62,879 nt of DNA, filler included, from Octopus bimaculoides (GCF_001194135.2; 7 parts of 7 records of this genome joined end to end with filler, not necessarily neighbours in it); one strand, 5' to 3'. Positions 39,680 through 54,122 are shown, counted from the first letter of the whole stretch. The notes: generated by a model from the letters alone, not told the origin. Numbers and translations: made by a program.

Positions 39680-39945
39680 ACCAGATGGCGTTCAAGGAAT
39701 CTGGCTCGAAAATCTTCCAAGTATACACAGCCATATACAACAATCTGGGAAATCTCAAGATCAAGCCAGAGGGGAGTGTGGAAACCAAGACAGCAATTAT
39801 TTCTGTTGTAATTGGTGCACTTGTCCACAACACGCAAAATGAGACTGAAAGAGATTAGAATTAAAACTCACTTTGTCGATCTGAAGAAAAGTACCATCCT
39901 ACATTCTGCAAGAATCCTAAGAATGATTCTTTAGATTTAAGGATA
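39680..39945 (+). mobile_element. REL-type non-LTR C-terminal remnant
   Basis: AIISVVIGAL and LKKSTILHSARILRMIL* pattern; similar remnants at about 16740-16890 (+) and 8290-8520 (-). Confidence 0.6.
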
Positions 39946-40899
39946 CTTCACAGTGCATCCACAGGAATTTCCAACAATACATTAACAGGCATAACAATGC
40001 AGCAGTGTACCTACACTGGAAAATATGCAGTAGTTATAAAATCAAGGTAAGTGAGAAGTGGTATGAACATTAATCGTACTGAAAAGAGAAGGAAACCAAC
40101 AAGCTTAATATCAGAATCAACGACTGGAACGACAGGAGATGTATACTTATCGATATTACAACACTCTAAGGCGGTTAGCTGGCAGAATCGTTAGCATGCT
40201 GGGAAAATGCTTAGCGGCATTTCGTCCGTTTTTACTTTCTAAATTAAAATTCCTCCAAGCTCGATTTTACTTTTTATCCTTTCGGGGTCGATAAAATAAG
40301 TACCAGATGAACAGTAGGGTCGATCTAACCGACTTACCCACTTCCCCGAAATTGCTAGCCTTGTGCCAAAATCTGAAAACGATATTACAATACCCTGTGA
40401 AGGAAATACCTTCATACAAGTCATAGAGAAGTTGACAAAGATCAGGAGATCAAAATCAACAGGTAATAGGAAAAGTAGGACTCACGAAGAAAATAATGAG
40501 AAAGTTCACCAACCGTATACTGGACAATATCAATATCTATGTAGACCAGAAGATCGCCCTACTTGGAATAGTTCATATACTACGGAGTATTGTCAATTAA
40601 ACATCTTTCCTATAACAACCATAGTTTGGATAAGGCCCTGCAGGATATAAAATAAGAAATACAAAAGGAACAATAGCAGTGTCAACAACATTAAAATAAC
40701 AGTAATAATAGTATTTTTATTAGTCACATGGGCCAACTAAAATACATATAATACACGTTAAAGAACATAGTATTTATAATACGTGTGGAGCTGAATAACG
40801 TTTAATAATGACGAGACGATGGGAAGGTTCATGACGTAAGAGGGCATATTGAAAACGGGGTAAAAAAAAAGACAACAAAAAAAGAAATACCAGAAGGAC

Positions 40900-41360
40900 A
40901 TGAAGAAGTGCTACGCAACAAGGACTATACAATCAATTCCATGTAGCCATAAATAAAGTTGCTGGAGGATATAGGTGGGGATGGTTAAAGAAAGGACCAC
41001 TTAAAACGAAGACTGGAAACACTATACTGTCAGCGCAAGACCAAGCTTTGGCCACAAATTGGAGGGTCAGTCTTAGAAATGAGCAAATGCCTCGGTTGAG
41101 CCGAATTTGCGATGGATTTGATTACACTATTGCCTATATAGTCCTAGACTTGACCGAAACCAGTATAAATTGGGGTGACATGATAACGTAGCAAAACTTC
41201 TGCAATGGAGACTGTGAAAAGAGTGGAGTCGGGGAGACGCAGCACATGTTACGATCACAAACCACAGAGAGTGAGCGAGTTGGAGCCTTGCAAAATCTTG
41301 TGGGATTTCCAATTCGGGCAGACCAGATACTTGAGAACAACAAACTGATGTTGCATGACC
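40900..41360 (+). mobile_element. R4/Dong-like (REL endonuclease) non-LTR remnant
   Basis: WGWLKKGPLKTKTGNTILSAQDQALATN, HDNVAKLLQW and YDHKPQ...CKILWDF correspond to the post-RT CCHC and REL regions of R4/NeSL-type elements. Confidence 0.75.
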
Positions 41361-41466
41361 ATTTAACCCACGAATAGTTATGTAGAAAACGAGTAAGTTG
41401 AAATATACGAGGAGATAACCAAAAGTAACCGGAAAAGTAATCGTCCTCGGGAGAATTTGAAATCAG

Positions 41467-42352
41467 GACGAAATGCCGCTAAACAGACGAAATGGCTCTA
41501 AACAGACGAAATACCGCTAAACAGACGAAATGCCGCTAAACAGACGAAATGGCGCTAAACAGACGAAATGCCGCTAAACAGACGAAATGGCGCTAAACAG
41601 ACGAAATGCCGCTNNNNNNNNNNNNNNNNNNNNNNNNNNNNNNNNNNNNNNNNNNNNNNNNNNNNNNNNNNNNNNNNNNNNNNNNNNNNNNNNNNNNNNN
41701 NNNNNNNNNNNNNNNNNNNNNNNNNNNNNNNNNNNNNNNNNNNNNNNNNNNNNNNNNNNNNNNNNNNNNNNNNNNNNNNNNNNNNNNNNNNNNNNNNNNN
41801 NNNNNNNNNNNNNNNNNNNNNNNNNNNNNNNNNNNNNNNNNNNNNNNNNNNNNNNNNNNNNNNNNNNNNNNNNNNNNNNNNNNNNNNNNNNNNNNNNNNN
41901 NNNNNNNNNNNNNNNNNNNNNNNNNNNNNNNNNNNNNNNNNNNNNNNNNNNNNNNNNNNNNNNNNNNNNNNNNNNNNNNNNNNNNNNNNNNNNNNNNNNN
42001 NNNNNNNNNNNNNNNNNNNNNNNNNNNNNNNNNNNNNNNNNNNNNNNNNNNNNNNNNNNNNNNNNNNNNNNNNNNNNNNNNNNNNNNNNNNNNNNNNNNN
42101 NNNNNNNNNNNNNNNNNNNNNNNNNNNNNNNNNNNNNNNNNNNNNNNNNNNNNNNNNNNNNNNNNNNNNNNNNNNNNNNNNNNNNNNNNNNNNNNNNNNN
42201 NNNNNNNNNNNNNNNNNNNNNNNNNNNNNNNNNNNNNNNNNNNNNNNNNNNNNNNNNNNNNNNNNNCCGCTAAACAGACGAAATGCCGCTAAACAGACGA
42301 AATGGCGCTAAACAGACGAAATGACGCTAAACAGACGAAATGGCGCTAAACA
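41467..42352. repeat. 19-bp minisatellite GACGAAATG(C/G)CGCTAAACA spanning a 653-N gap
   Basis: About 8 visible units left of the gap and about 4.5 right, no spacers. Confidence 0.95.
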
Positions 42353-44161
42353 CTCTGTCAAACTCACTCGGGATTTTGCCAGCTGACCACCAGTCGTGGT
42401 TTCGGTTTCGATACAGCTGCACTTTCAGGTCAATGAAACAAGTAGCAGTCGTGTTTATAGTAGAAAGGATTATTGTCATTATTAAAAAAAGGCTGGCAGA
42501 ATAGTTATCACAGCTGGCAAAATGCTTAGCACTATTCTGTCTTCTACTTATAGCCTCGGGCCAACCAAAGCCTTGTGAGTGTATTTGGTAGACTGAAACT
42601 GAAAGACACCCGTTGGTGTGTATACATATATAACTATGTAAAGGTATATGCGCCAAACCACAAGTGTGAGTATACTTACATCTTTGTGGCTGTTTACTTG
42701 AGCGAATGTACATGCGCCATACAAGCTACGAAAGGGTGTTTATACATCCATATCCGTTAATGGTTGCATTTAACACTTTTTTCGTTGTGTTGAGTGTTGG
42801 CTTCTTTTTTGCATCTGTTATTTTATTATTAATTTTCTATATAAATGGAGCTATATCCTTTAATATGCTGCGTTTCTTCACAAGAAGTGAAAAGATACAT
42901 TGCGGAACTGATATTTCAACGAATTGTATCTGTTTATCACCCGAGGAGACACATCTGCACCGTCGGATGCTCCTGATCCAGTTGTTAAGTATCCCACGCG
43001 TGAAGGATCAATGCTGAGTGTGTCGAAACAATTGTAGTGGTTAATAAAAACTCTCGTATTTTCCATCTTCCGTTTCTCATTAACTAGATATATGCATGTA
43101 TGTATGTATGTCTCTGTGTATGTGTCTGTTCTTGTCCCTCCCCCCATCACCGCTTGACAACCGGTGTTGATGTGTTTGCATCCCCGTAACTAAGCGGTTC
43201 AGCAAAAGACACTGACAGAAGACTAGACTTTAAAATAAGTCATGGTATCTATTTGTTCGACTAGAAAAACCCTTCAAGGTGTTGCTCCAGCATGACCGAA
43301 GTCAAATAACTGAAACAAGTAAAAGGCTAAAGGAATAAAATAATGTGTGTGTGTGTGTGTGTGTATGTGTGTGTGCGTGTTTGTGTGTTCTTGTAAAAAA
43401 TAGGCGTAACCCCATTTTGTCCTTCATGTTTTGTAATGTCCAGTCTTATTGTAAGCTTTTAAGAGAAATTTAATTGACAAAACAGGTCTAACATTTCATT
43501 TAAATCTACTAAATCTTTTTCACTTCTATAACGTAACTGGTTTTATTCATGTGTCTGGACTTTTCAGCTAAATATGTTTATACTATTCACAATACATTCA
43601 TTTTTGTAGCTGTATAGAGAACTTTATTTATAGTGGTTGCAAAACATCAAGGGAATTGTTTTGTAGCTGGACAAAGAACTAGGTATTAGGTTACAAAAAA
43701 AAAAGAGAGTATATTGCTCTTAAAGCGTGAGGTATAGAAGAAGTGAGCTAGGAATTTCAGAGGTTACTTAAGATTTTAAAACAAAAGGCTTCCCTAGATA
43801 GAGAGGATATGCTTTTTAAACAATAAGATAGTGAGTGATAGGAATTTCAGTCTCTCGCTAGATTTTTAAGCGCAGTCCTAGATCTTTTATAGTTTACTTG
43901 TTTTAGTCATCAGACGGCATCGCTTAAAGAGTTTTTAGTCGAACGAATCGACCCCAGCTTCTATTCATTTTTAAGCTTGTTCTTTAATCTATCGGTCTCT
44001 TTTCTCGAACCGCTAAGTTACAGGAGCTCGGACAAACCAACAGCAATTGTCAAGCGGCGGTGGTGGACAAGCACACACACATACACACATACACACATAC
44101 ACACATACACACATACAGACACATACACACATACACACGCATACACACACATACACACATA

Positions 44162-44224
<63 letters not shown>

Positions 44225-44575
44225 GCTTGTGTGTTTGTCTGTATACAATGGCCTTCTTTCAGTTTTCGTCTACCAGATACACTCAGAAGGGTTTGGTTGG
44301 CCCGAGGCAATAGTGGAAGGCACTTGCCCAAGATGCCACGCAGTAGGACTAAAACCGGAACCATGTGGTGAGGATGCACAGTCACACTTGCGCCTATTCT
44401 TTCATATAAGGAGTGGCCATATATATGTATATATATATAAAATATATATATATGTAGATGTGTATGTATATATATGGGAGAGTGTAAGGAATTGGATGGA
44501 GTGGAGTGGGAAGGTAGAGTAGGAGTGTATTGAGGTGTGGTGGGATGAGCTTATGAGGGGGTGTTGACGATGAAG

Positions 44576-44645
44576 GGGGAAGGGGAAGGTGGATGTAAGA
44601 GAGGGGGAAGGTGGATGTAAGAGAGGGGGAAGGTGGGTATGGGAG
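44576..44645 (+). repeat. G-rich 22-bp tandem repeat GAGGGGGAAGGTGGATGTAAGA (about 3 units)
   Basis: Seen directly, runs into a gap. Confidence 0.85.
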
Positions 44646-44689
44646 NNNNNNNNNNNNNNNNNNNNNNNNNNNNNNNNNNNNNNNNNNNN

Positions 44690-44701
44690 TTAATTAATTA
44701 A
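44690..44701. other. Artificial assembly linker
   Basis: TTAATTAATTAA between N runs. Confidence 0.95.
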
Positions 44702-44745
44702 NNNNNNNNNNNNNNNNNNNNNNNNNNNNNNNNNNNNNNNNNNNN

Positions 44746-44803
<58 letters not shown>

Positions 44804-46231
44804 TATATAAATATGAATGAATAAATAAATATACATATATATTTCTATATATGCATATATATGCATATATATGTATATATACATATACCTAAACACACAC
44901 ACAAACACACACGCACACGCATATATACATATACACACACATATATATTCAGACGAATTTATGACACAGAAAACTGTAAAATTCCTTTTGTATTTATTTC
45001 ATGATCCGTCAATATTCGTCGCAAATCTGCTGTCTTTCTACTGAAGCTGCATGGAAAATCTTTTTGTCTTTTTTTTTGTTTTTTGTTACTCACGTTTTAG
45101 AGACCTGAGTCTTTTTTTTCTTTTACCAACTATATATTTATAAGTTGCAATCATCTCTATTTTCTGTATCTCTGATTCCGATCACCGTAAAAATTATACA
45201 ACTATATGTATGTGTTTTCACATTTTGAATTTTATACCGAATGGTGGTTTTAAGTTCTGCAACATAACTTCCTGCTGGACTTTTGGCCATTAACCCAATA
45301 CACTCCTTGCCGCAGAAACTGTATACGTTAAAAAATATAGCAGAGGCTTGATTTCTAAGATTTAGCAATGATCGATCTGGAATTATCCAATAATTTTTTT
45401 GCTAGTTTATTTTGTCTCTTTGTCTTCTCATGGTGCTGTGTAAACATTTAATGTGGTTTTAGAGTCAAGTTTTGGCTGCTATATCTAACATGGTGGCATC
45501 TTTTAGATACCCTTAATTATAATTCCAATATTATATGTATATATAGATATATAATTTCGCTTACATATACACATACATATATAAATAGTATATAAATATA
45601 CGCATATATACATGGCATATATGTACATATCTACATATATATGTATATATACATGCATATATGGGTACAGGATATAAAAAAAAAAACGTAGACACATTGA
45701 GAAACGAAAACATAAAAACAAAAACATAGGAAACGAACGGTTTTCGAACAACGAAGAAGAAAAACAGAGAAACGAGACAAGCAACATAAAGAACATTCCC
45801 CTTCCTTAGTTGTCCCCTTTTCATCTACTCCGCGTTTCGAAGGTAAGGACAAGACGCGACTTCGTTAAAACAGTCCTTCCCGCAAAGCAAATTAAATAAG
45901 ATTTGGGAAGCGGAATTTAGGTTGGTTAAAATATGTTTGTGTCTTATTTCAACAGCTAAAAGGGAAATACAGTGCCTTTTACGTCGGGAAAATATCTCAT
46001 TTATGTTAAAAGGTGTGAAAACATCCGGTTTGTTCAGTGTTGCCATCTATCAGGCATCACAGACATCGATGTTTCGAGTTTATTGTCTCATGTTAATGGG
46101 ATGTACCTCAGGGAAGAAACTCTGAACTAACTTTTAAAGCGATAGCTTTTTGTACATTTCAGTCGTTGATAGATCGCCCGATCGAGGAAAATAACTAAAT
46201 GTCAGCACCAGCCAGTGTTTAGGCATAAGCA

Positions 46232-46288
<57 letters not shown>

Positions 46289-46708
46289 TCTTACATATGT
46301 GTGTGTGCACCTGTGCATTACCTCTCTATTGATATGGTGGACTACCTACGTGAAAACGTCTACAGAAACACACAAAAACAAATAAGCGTAATTATATGGT
46401 AGGAAAGAAAGTCTTTTTACGTGAAATGCTGTAAAATATATAAAATGATAAAAGAAAACACATTAACTTCTACACAAACGAACACACATGAGTGAGTGTA
46501 GTGCGACAAAAATTAGTCTCTTCTTTGTCTGTCTCTCTCTTTCTCCCTATATATATATGTATTTGCATTTATATATATGCATTTATACAGGCATACACAA
46601 AAAACATATGTATGTACATTTACATACATATATGTGCACACACACACACACACAAACTCACACGCTCAACACACACGTACATATGAGCATAAACTCACAC
46701 ACGCATAC

Positions 46709-46742
<34 letters not shown>

Positions 46743-46923
46743 ATAGCGATATAAATAAATGAAGATAAGATGTAAAGTTAAAGAACTCAATACACTTTCT
46801 CAGACTGACATATCGACAGCAGCAATGTCATGTAAAGTACACTTAAAAAGAATGATATAAACGCACGCATTCATGGTCACACACACACACACATATATGT
46901 ACATACATAAGAAATATATACAC

Positions 46924-46959
<36 letters not shown>

Positions 46960-48209
46960 NNNNNNNNNNNNNNNNNNNNNNNNNNNNNNNNNNNNNNNNN
47001 NNNNNNNNNNNNNNNNNNNNNNNNNNNNNNNNNNNNNNNNNNNNNNNNNNNNNNNNNNNNNNNNNNNNNNNNNNNNNNNNNNNNNNNNNNNNNNNNNNNN
47101 NNNNNNNNNNNNNNNNNNNNNNNNNNNNNNNNNNNNNNNNNNNNNNNNNNNNNNNNNNNNNNNNNNNNNNNNNNNNNNNNNNNNNNNNNNNNNNNNNNNN
47201 NNNNNNNNNNNNNNNNNNNNNNNNNNNNNNNNNNNNNNNNNNNNNNNNNNNNNNNNNNNNNNNNNNNNNNNNNNNNNNNNNNNNNNNNNNNNNNNNNNNN
47301 NNNNNNNNNNNNNNNNNNNNNNNNNNNNNNNNNATATATATATATATATACACACACACATTATATATGCATTGGTGTTTTCCTCACTGGCACATATATG
47401 TGATTTTGTTGATATATTTGTGCAGTATAAAGTGTATAAATGCATACATATGCAGTTTGTTTTTCGTAAATGATGGTTTTGATTCACAATTATTTTTGTT
47501 AAGTTCTAAGGTTATATATTTTATTACAGAAAAGACAGTTTATAGGTACACACTTTCGCATGGACACAGATATACAACCACATAAACACAAACACACACA
47601 CATGCTCACGCACAGATACACATACGTATATATTGATCTACACACACACATATATACGCACCACAATTATATATGTGCAAATACCCACATGAACTTGTGT
47701 GTATGGAGGTGACAATGGCGAAATGCTTTCGAGTGAAGTGGTGTCTCAGATACGGATGTTATTTGTAAGCATTTCATTTATTCTGCTAATGCTTTCGGCA
47801 AAATTAGTGAAGTAGCAAATTCTAGTCAGACCACATGCAACAAACAGACGTTATCTTACCATATATAGCATAGATCACGAAAGGTCAGAAACCTGATTCC
47901 ATTCTGGTATCTAAGTGTAACATTTGTACACATTTAGATATATATATATATGTACTTATATTGGAACTTGCATGCATGCACTCATATGAATATGTGTGAC
48001 TGTGTTTGCATACATATATACATGGACACACAAACACACAGACACGCGGACACACACACACACAGACACACACACACACACACACACACAGATATATATA
48101 TATGTATGTATATATATATACATATGTGTGTGTGTATTCATATACCTATATATATCCATCATTTCATATATAAATATATCTATGTATATGATATATACAT
48201 ACACACACG

Positions 48210-48247
<38 letters not shown>

Positions 48248-48300
48248 TATATATATNNNNNNNNNNNNNNNNNNNNNNNNNNNNNNNNNNNNNNNNNNNN

Positions 48301-48312
48301 TTAATTAATTAA
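48301..48312. other. Artificial assembly linker
   Basis: TTAATTAATTAA between N runs. Confidence 0.95.
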
Positions 48313-48398
48313 NNNNNNNNNNNNNNNNNNNNNNNNNNNNNNNNNNNNNNNNNNNNATATATATGTGTGTGTATGTATATATGTGTGTGTATATGCGT

Positions 48399-48437
<39 letters not shown>

Positions 48438-48726
48438 GAAATATATATGTTAATCTCCCATACGATCTATCGGTTTATCCATTTGTCTATCTGCTTACCT
48501 AGCTCTCCATCGATCTATCTTTCCCCTTCTCTTTCTCACTCTCCCCTTGTACTTCTGTCTATCAACTGAAGAGATATACGTGTCTCTGTATATACACATA
48601 TGCGCATACTAAAATACAGATATACACATGTATGTGTGTAAATATATATGCATATATATATACATGCATGATTTTTCTGTTTATATGTATATATGTGTAC
48701 ATAATATAATATATGTATAAGTATAA

Positions 48727-48759
<33 letters not shown>

Positions 48760-50308
48760 TATATATACTGTATATATACTGTATATATACATATATTTAG
48801 GGTGAAACATGGCATCTGTTATGGTTCTGTAAATTTTGTATGTCTGTGAAAAGTGTGTGTATACATAACTACACACACACACACACACATATATATATAT
48901 GTGTGTGTATGCATACTTATGTGTGCAGATATATTTGTGTGTGTGTGTGTGTGCGCGTGCGTGCGTGTAAGTGTAGACTCAGTAAAAACGGTTAAAAGAT
49001 GCTCATAAGAGTAAGATATAAGATTAAGTAGGAAATAAAAGTAAGTGATAAAGAAAGGGGAAGGGGCGGAATGAAGAGGAGGAGGAAAAGTAGTAGGAGA
49101 AGAAAGGTAGGAGGAGAGAGAGGTAGACAGTCGTCTGAAAGAAAAGAAGAGAAACAACAACCACAACAGCAACAACACGGTAAAAGAAAAGAAAAACATA
49201 AGTAATTAAAATGTGATCTGATGTGATTTAACTAGTTTAGACGAGATATTTTAGCGATTGCTTTCCTTGTCATGTTCTGCATTGTTATGATATTTTATTG
49301 TCGTGATGCATGATGGGAAATCATAGAAACCAGTTACAGGTCTGCCATTTTCGTTTGCTACTTATAGTTTAATGGTTGCTTTTGTCGTTAAATACGCCAT
49401 TCTTTAGTAATTTATATGTAGAATCATGAACACATACATTCACACACTCACACACAGACACGTACATTTATATACACAATATACATATATATATAGAGAA
49501 AGACAGACAGACAAAGATAGACAGACAGATAGACAGACAGATAGAGAGAACCATCCGTCCCCTGCAAATATGTATGGACTGATAATATTGTACTGCGCTT
49601 TCGTTAGTTTTTTTNNNNNNNNNNNNNNNNNNNNNNNNNNNNNNNNNNNNNNNNNNNNNNNNNNNNNNNNNNNNNNNNNNNNNNNNNNNNNNNNNNNNNN
49701 NNNNNNNNNNNNNNNNNNNNNNNNNNNNNNNNNNNNNNNNNNNNNNNNNNNNNNNNNNNNNNNNNNNNNNNNNNNNNNNNNNNNNNNNNNNNNNNNNNNN
49801 NNNNNNNNNNNNNNNNNNNNNNNNNNNNNNNNNNNNNNNNNNNNNNNNNNNNNNNNNNNNNNNNNNNNNNNNNNNNNNNNNNNNNNNNNNNNNNNNNNNN
49901 NNNNNNNNNNNNNNNNNNNNNNNNNNNNNNNNNNNNNNNNNNNNNNNNNNNNNNNNNNNNNNNNNNNNNNNNNNNNNNNNNNNNNNNNNNNNNNNNNNNN
50001 NNNNNNNNNNNNNNNNNNNNNNNNNNNNNNNNNNNNNNNNNNNNNNNNNNNNNNNNNNNNNNNNNNNNNNNNNNNNNNNNNNNNNNNNNNNNNNNNNNNN
50101 NNNNNNNNNNNNNNNNNNNNNNNNNNNNNNNNNNNNNNNNNNNNNNNNNNNNNNNNNNNNNNNNNNNNNNNNNNNNNNNNNNNNNNNNNNNNNNNNNNNN
50201 NNNNNNNNNNNNNNNNNNNNNNNNNNNNNNNNNNNNNNNNNNNNNNNNNNNNNNNNNNNNNNNNNNNNNNNNNNNNNNNNNNNNNNNNNNNNNNNNNNNN
50301 NNNNNNNN

Positions 50309-50344
<36 letters not shown>

Positions 50345-50347
<3 letters not shown>

Positions 50348-51130
50348 CGCTATGCCAAGTATTAATGATCGACCTTATTGAAAGCTTTCGATGGAGCCAA
50401 ACTGATCAAGCCCCACCCATGCCAGGGTCCTTACCTATCTTCTCTACGATGTCCTGCGTGGGGTGGAGGTTGTCCTAGATAGATTTGTTTGGGATAGCGT
50501 ATGTCTGCGCGTCAGCGACCAGTCTGCGAAAGACCAGTGCCGACCTTGTGCTAAAACCTTGTGCCAAAATTTTGTAATCTTTGTTTAGCAAAGTTACGGA
50601 CCCAAAATCATCTATTCGTCCCTCTTGTTCAGGTCCTTTGTCAATAACATCACCACGTCACGGCTCCCAACCCTGGAAATTCTCCCATTCTGTTGCCAGT
50701 TGAGGTGATTCCAGCCAAGAGATCACCGAACAAGTCTGGCATATGAAGGTAAAGCTTGGAGGACAGACCATCTAGCCTTGGAGACTCATCCCTTATGCAG
50801 CTAATCATTGTCTCGTATGTCTTCGGCTGTTATTGGCATTTCACGGAACTCCGCATCGTACTTAGGCTTTCTATCTCCTACGACAACACGTAGTTCGACC
50901 CCGTGGAGAAGCTGTAAAAGGTCCGGGATTTTTCTGTTATCAGGTTTCCTCTGGAGAAGAATATCTCGGTTTATCCCAGAATAATTCTCTCTGCCGCTTC
51001 GTTGGACATCTAGGAGTGTCTCTGAGTCCTCCAGGGCAACACAGGCTACGATCCACCAGACGGTCACGTCAGGCAAAACACCCGATAACCTAAACAAGGC
51101 AGTTCTTGAGAGATACGTCCTCAGCGTTGT
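50345..51130 (-). mobile_element. Degenerate Tx1/L1-clade LINE RT fragment
   Basis: Frameshifted pieces SPRLDGLSSKLYLHMPDLFGDLLA, TLLNKDYKIL and SKAFNKVDH; includes ORF 50801-51097. Confidence 0.75.
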
Positions 51131-51170
51131 TTTCGTTGCTCACTGTCACTGGTTTTATATCAGTGCCTTA

Positions 51171-51229
<59 letters not shown>

Positions 51230-51805
51230 CTTTTACTTGTTTCAGTCATTTGACTGCGGCCATGCTGGAGCACCGCCTTTAGTCGAGCAAATCGACCCCA
51301 GGACTTATTCTTTGTAAGCCTAGTACTTATTCTATCGGTCACTTGGCCGAACCACTAAGTTACGGGAACNNNNNNNNNNNNNNNNNNNNNNNNNNNNNNN
51401 NNNNNNNNNNNNNNNNNNNNNNNNNNNNNNNNNNNNNNNNNNNNNNNNNNNNNNNNNNNNNNNNNNNNNNNNNNNNNNNNNNNNNNNNNNNNNNNNNNNN
51501 NNNNNNNNNNNNNNNNNNNNNNNNNNNNNNNNNNNNNNNNNNNNNNNNNNNNNNNNNNNNNNNNNNNNNNNNNNNNNNNNNNNNNNNNNNNNNNNNNNNN
51601 NNNNNNNNNNNNNNNNNNNNNNNNNNNNNNNNNNNNNNNNNNNNNNNNNNNNNNCTTTCAGTTTCCGTCTATCAAATCCACTCACAAAGCTTTGGTCGGC
51701 CCGAGGCTATAGTAGAAGACACTTGCCCAAGGTGTCACGCAGTGGGACTGAACACAGAACCATGTGTTTCGTAAGCAAGCTACTTACCACACAGCTACTC
51801 CTATA

Positions 51806-51846
<41 letters not shown>

Positions 51847-53490
51847 AGTAATAATAACAACAATAACAACAATAATAACACTTATAACAATTTTGACACT
51901 CCGCCAGCAATTTTAAGGGGAGGGGCAAGTTGATTACATAGACCAGTACTTAACTGCTACTTGATTTTGTTAATCCCAGAGAGATAAAAGGGAAAGTTGA
52001 TGTCGGTGGGATTTGAACTCCGATCGTAAACAATCGGAAGAAATGCCACAAGACAATTTATTCGGGCGTTTTAACGGTTCTGCTCACCACAAAGCTCTCT
52101 AATAACTGTTTCTAATATAGGTCCATGGGCTAAGATTTAAAACTGGAGGTGGGTTAATCCAAATTATCTGACTTCTACTTTACTTTATCGACCTCGAAGC
52201 GATGAAAGGCGAAGTTGACATCTACATAATTTGATCTCAGAGCACACAGACCCAAAACGTATACTGCAAAGCATTACGTCAGACGCTCTGGTGATTCCAT
52301 CAATCCAATGAAGTAACAATGGCGCAGAAATAATGGGAAATGATACAAATCAAGTTAGCGCAAACAATATACCAATTTAGTGGCTTCCGGTAATGGCGTC
52401 GAGAGGAAGAAGCATAATTCACAGCTTCCTGTTTGTTATTACACTCCATTGACAGAACATTCAATTAGGGGAAAAAAGTTGTTTTCTACCATTTCACTGA
52501 TTTTATCGAAACGGTTGCAATAAAAATACAACGTGCTTTATGTTATGAAACTGATATCTAGCAATCTGCATATAATTATCTTCTTAATTGTCGGCCTGTG
52601 TCTCTGTGGCTATATATATATATATATATATACNNNNNNNNNNNNNNNNNNNNNNNNNNNNNNNNNNNNNNNNNNNNNNNNNNNNNNNNNNNNNNNNNNN
52701 NNNNNNNNNNNNNNNNNNNNNNNNNNNNNNNNNNNNNNNNNNNNNNNNNNNNNNNNNNNNNNNNNNNNNNNNNNNNNNNNNNNNNNNNNNNNNNNNNNNN
52801 NNNNNNNNNNNNNNNNNNNNNNNNNNNNNNNNNNNNNNNNNNNNNNNNNNNNNNNNNNNNNNNNNNNNNNNNNNNNNNNNNNNNNNNNNNNNNNNNNNNN
52901 NNNNNNNNNNNNNNNNNNNNNNNNNNNNNNNNNNNNNNNNNNNNNNNNNNNNNNNNNNNNNNNNNNNNNNNNNNNNNNNNNNNNNNNNNNNNNNNNNNNN
53001 NNNNNNNNNNNNNNNNNNNNNNNNNNNNNNNNNNNNNNNNNNNNNNNNNNNNNNNNNNNNNNNNNNNNNNNNNNNNNNNNNNNNNNNNNNNNNNNNNNNN
53101 NNNNNNNNNNNNNNNNNNNNNNNNNNNNNNNNNNNNNNNNNNNNNNNNNNNNNNNNNNNNNNNNNNNNNNNNNNNNNNNNNNNNNNNNNNNNNNNNNNNN
53201 NNNNNNNNNNNNNNNNNNNNNNNNNNNNNNNNNNNNNNNNNNNNNNNNNNNNNNNNNNNNNNNNNNNNNNNNNNNNNNNNNNNNNNNNNNNNNNNNNNNN
53301 NNNNNNNNNNNNNNNNNNNNNNNNNNNNNNNNNNNNNNNNNNNNNNNNNNNNNNNNNNNNNNNNNNNNNNNNNNNNNNNNNNNNNNNNNNNNNNNNNNNN
53401 NNNNNNNNNNNNNNNNNNNNNNNNNNNNNNNNNNNNNNNNNNNNNNNNNNNNNNNNNNNNNNNNNNNNNNNNNNNNNNNNNNNNNNNNNN

Positions 53491-54015
53491 CTGCAGCTGT
53501 CACCATAGTGATAAAATCCTGCATCGAATGCATTTCACGTTCTGGTGTACAATATCGTCTCAAAAGTATATATATATATATATATATATATATTTCGTTT
53601 TGTATTTGGTTTGGAAGATTCTTTATGCGAATTCATCGCTCATCGTCTTCCAGGGACGTTCTTCTTCTTTTGAAGCGCCCGTGCCACTCGAAATCATTGC
53701 GTACGACCCATTGCCTCGTCGCCGCAAGCTTGCCCAAGGATGTTCAATGTCTCTGTAGCAGACTTTCCAAATTTAATGCAAAATTTCACGTTGGCTCTTT
53801 GTTCCAACTTCCTATCCATGATTAAAATCGCAGACTACAGCAAACAGATGATCACAAAAACACTAACTTCACGGCTTGCGAAGTAAACTCCGCGATGTTG
53901 CTCGGCACACTGTCTCATGAAGGTCAGTGCTAGCTCTCATTGCGCACGCAGCCGTGTGCTGGCATCTATTGGCGCGCTACAGAACTACTTCAGGAACGTT
54001 TTGACACCACTTCGT
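53491..54015 (-). mobile_element. Defective mariner transposon (TIR plus transposase N-terminus)
   Basis: From ATG at 53819: MDRKLEQRANVKFCIKFGKSATETLNILGQACGDEAMGRTQ*, then after a frameshift WHGRFKRRRTSLEDDER, a mariner HTH signature; TIR-like end near 54015. Confidence 0.85.
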
Positions 54016-54066
54016 GTGTGTGNNNNNNNNNNNNNNNNNNNNNNNNNNNNNNNNNNNNNNNNNNNN

Positions 54067-54078
54067 TTAATTAATTAA
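54067..54078. other. Artificial assembly linker
   Basis: TTAATTAATTAA between N runs. Confidence 0.95.
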
Positions 54079-54122
54079 NNNNNNNNNNNNNNNNNNNNNN
54101 NNNNNNNNNNNNNNNNNNNNNN

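Noticed and set aside
41467-42352. CRISPR-like appearance of the 19-bp array (and of the 56040-56345 repeats)
   Set aside because: No unique spacers, no cas genes, eukaryotic context; both derive from retroelements
46055-46125. Half hammerhead on the minus strand (GAGTTT/AAACTC stem, GAAACATCGATGTC)
   Set aside because: No CUGANGA and no stem I partner; at best a dead relic
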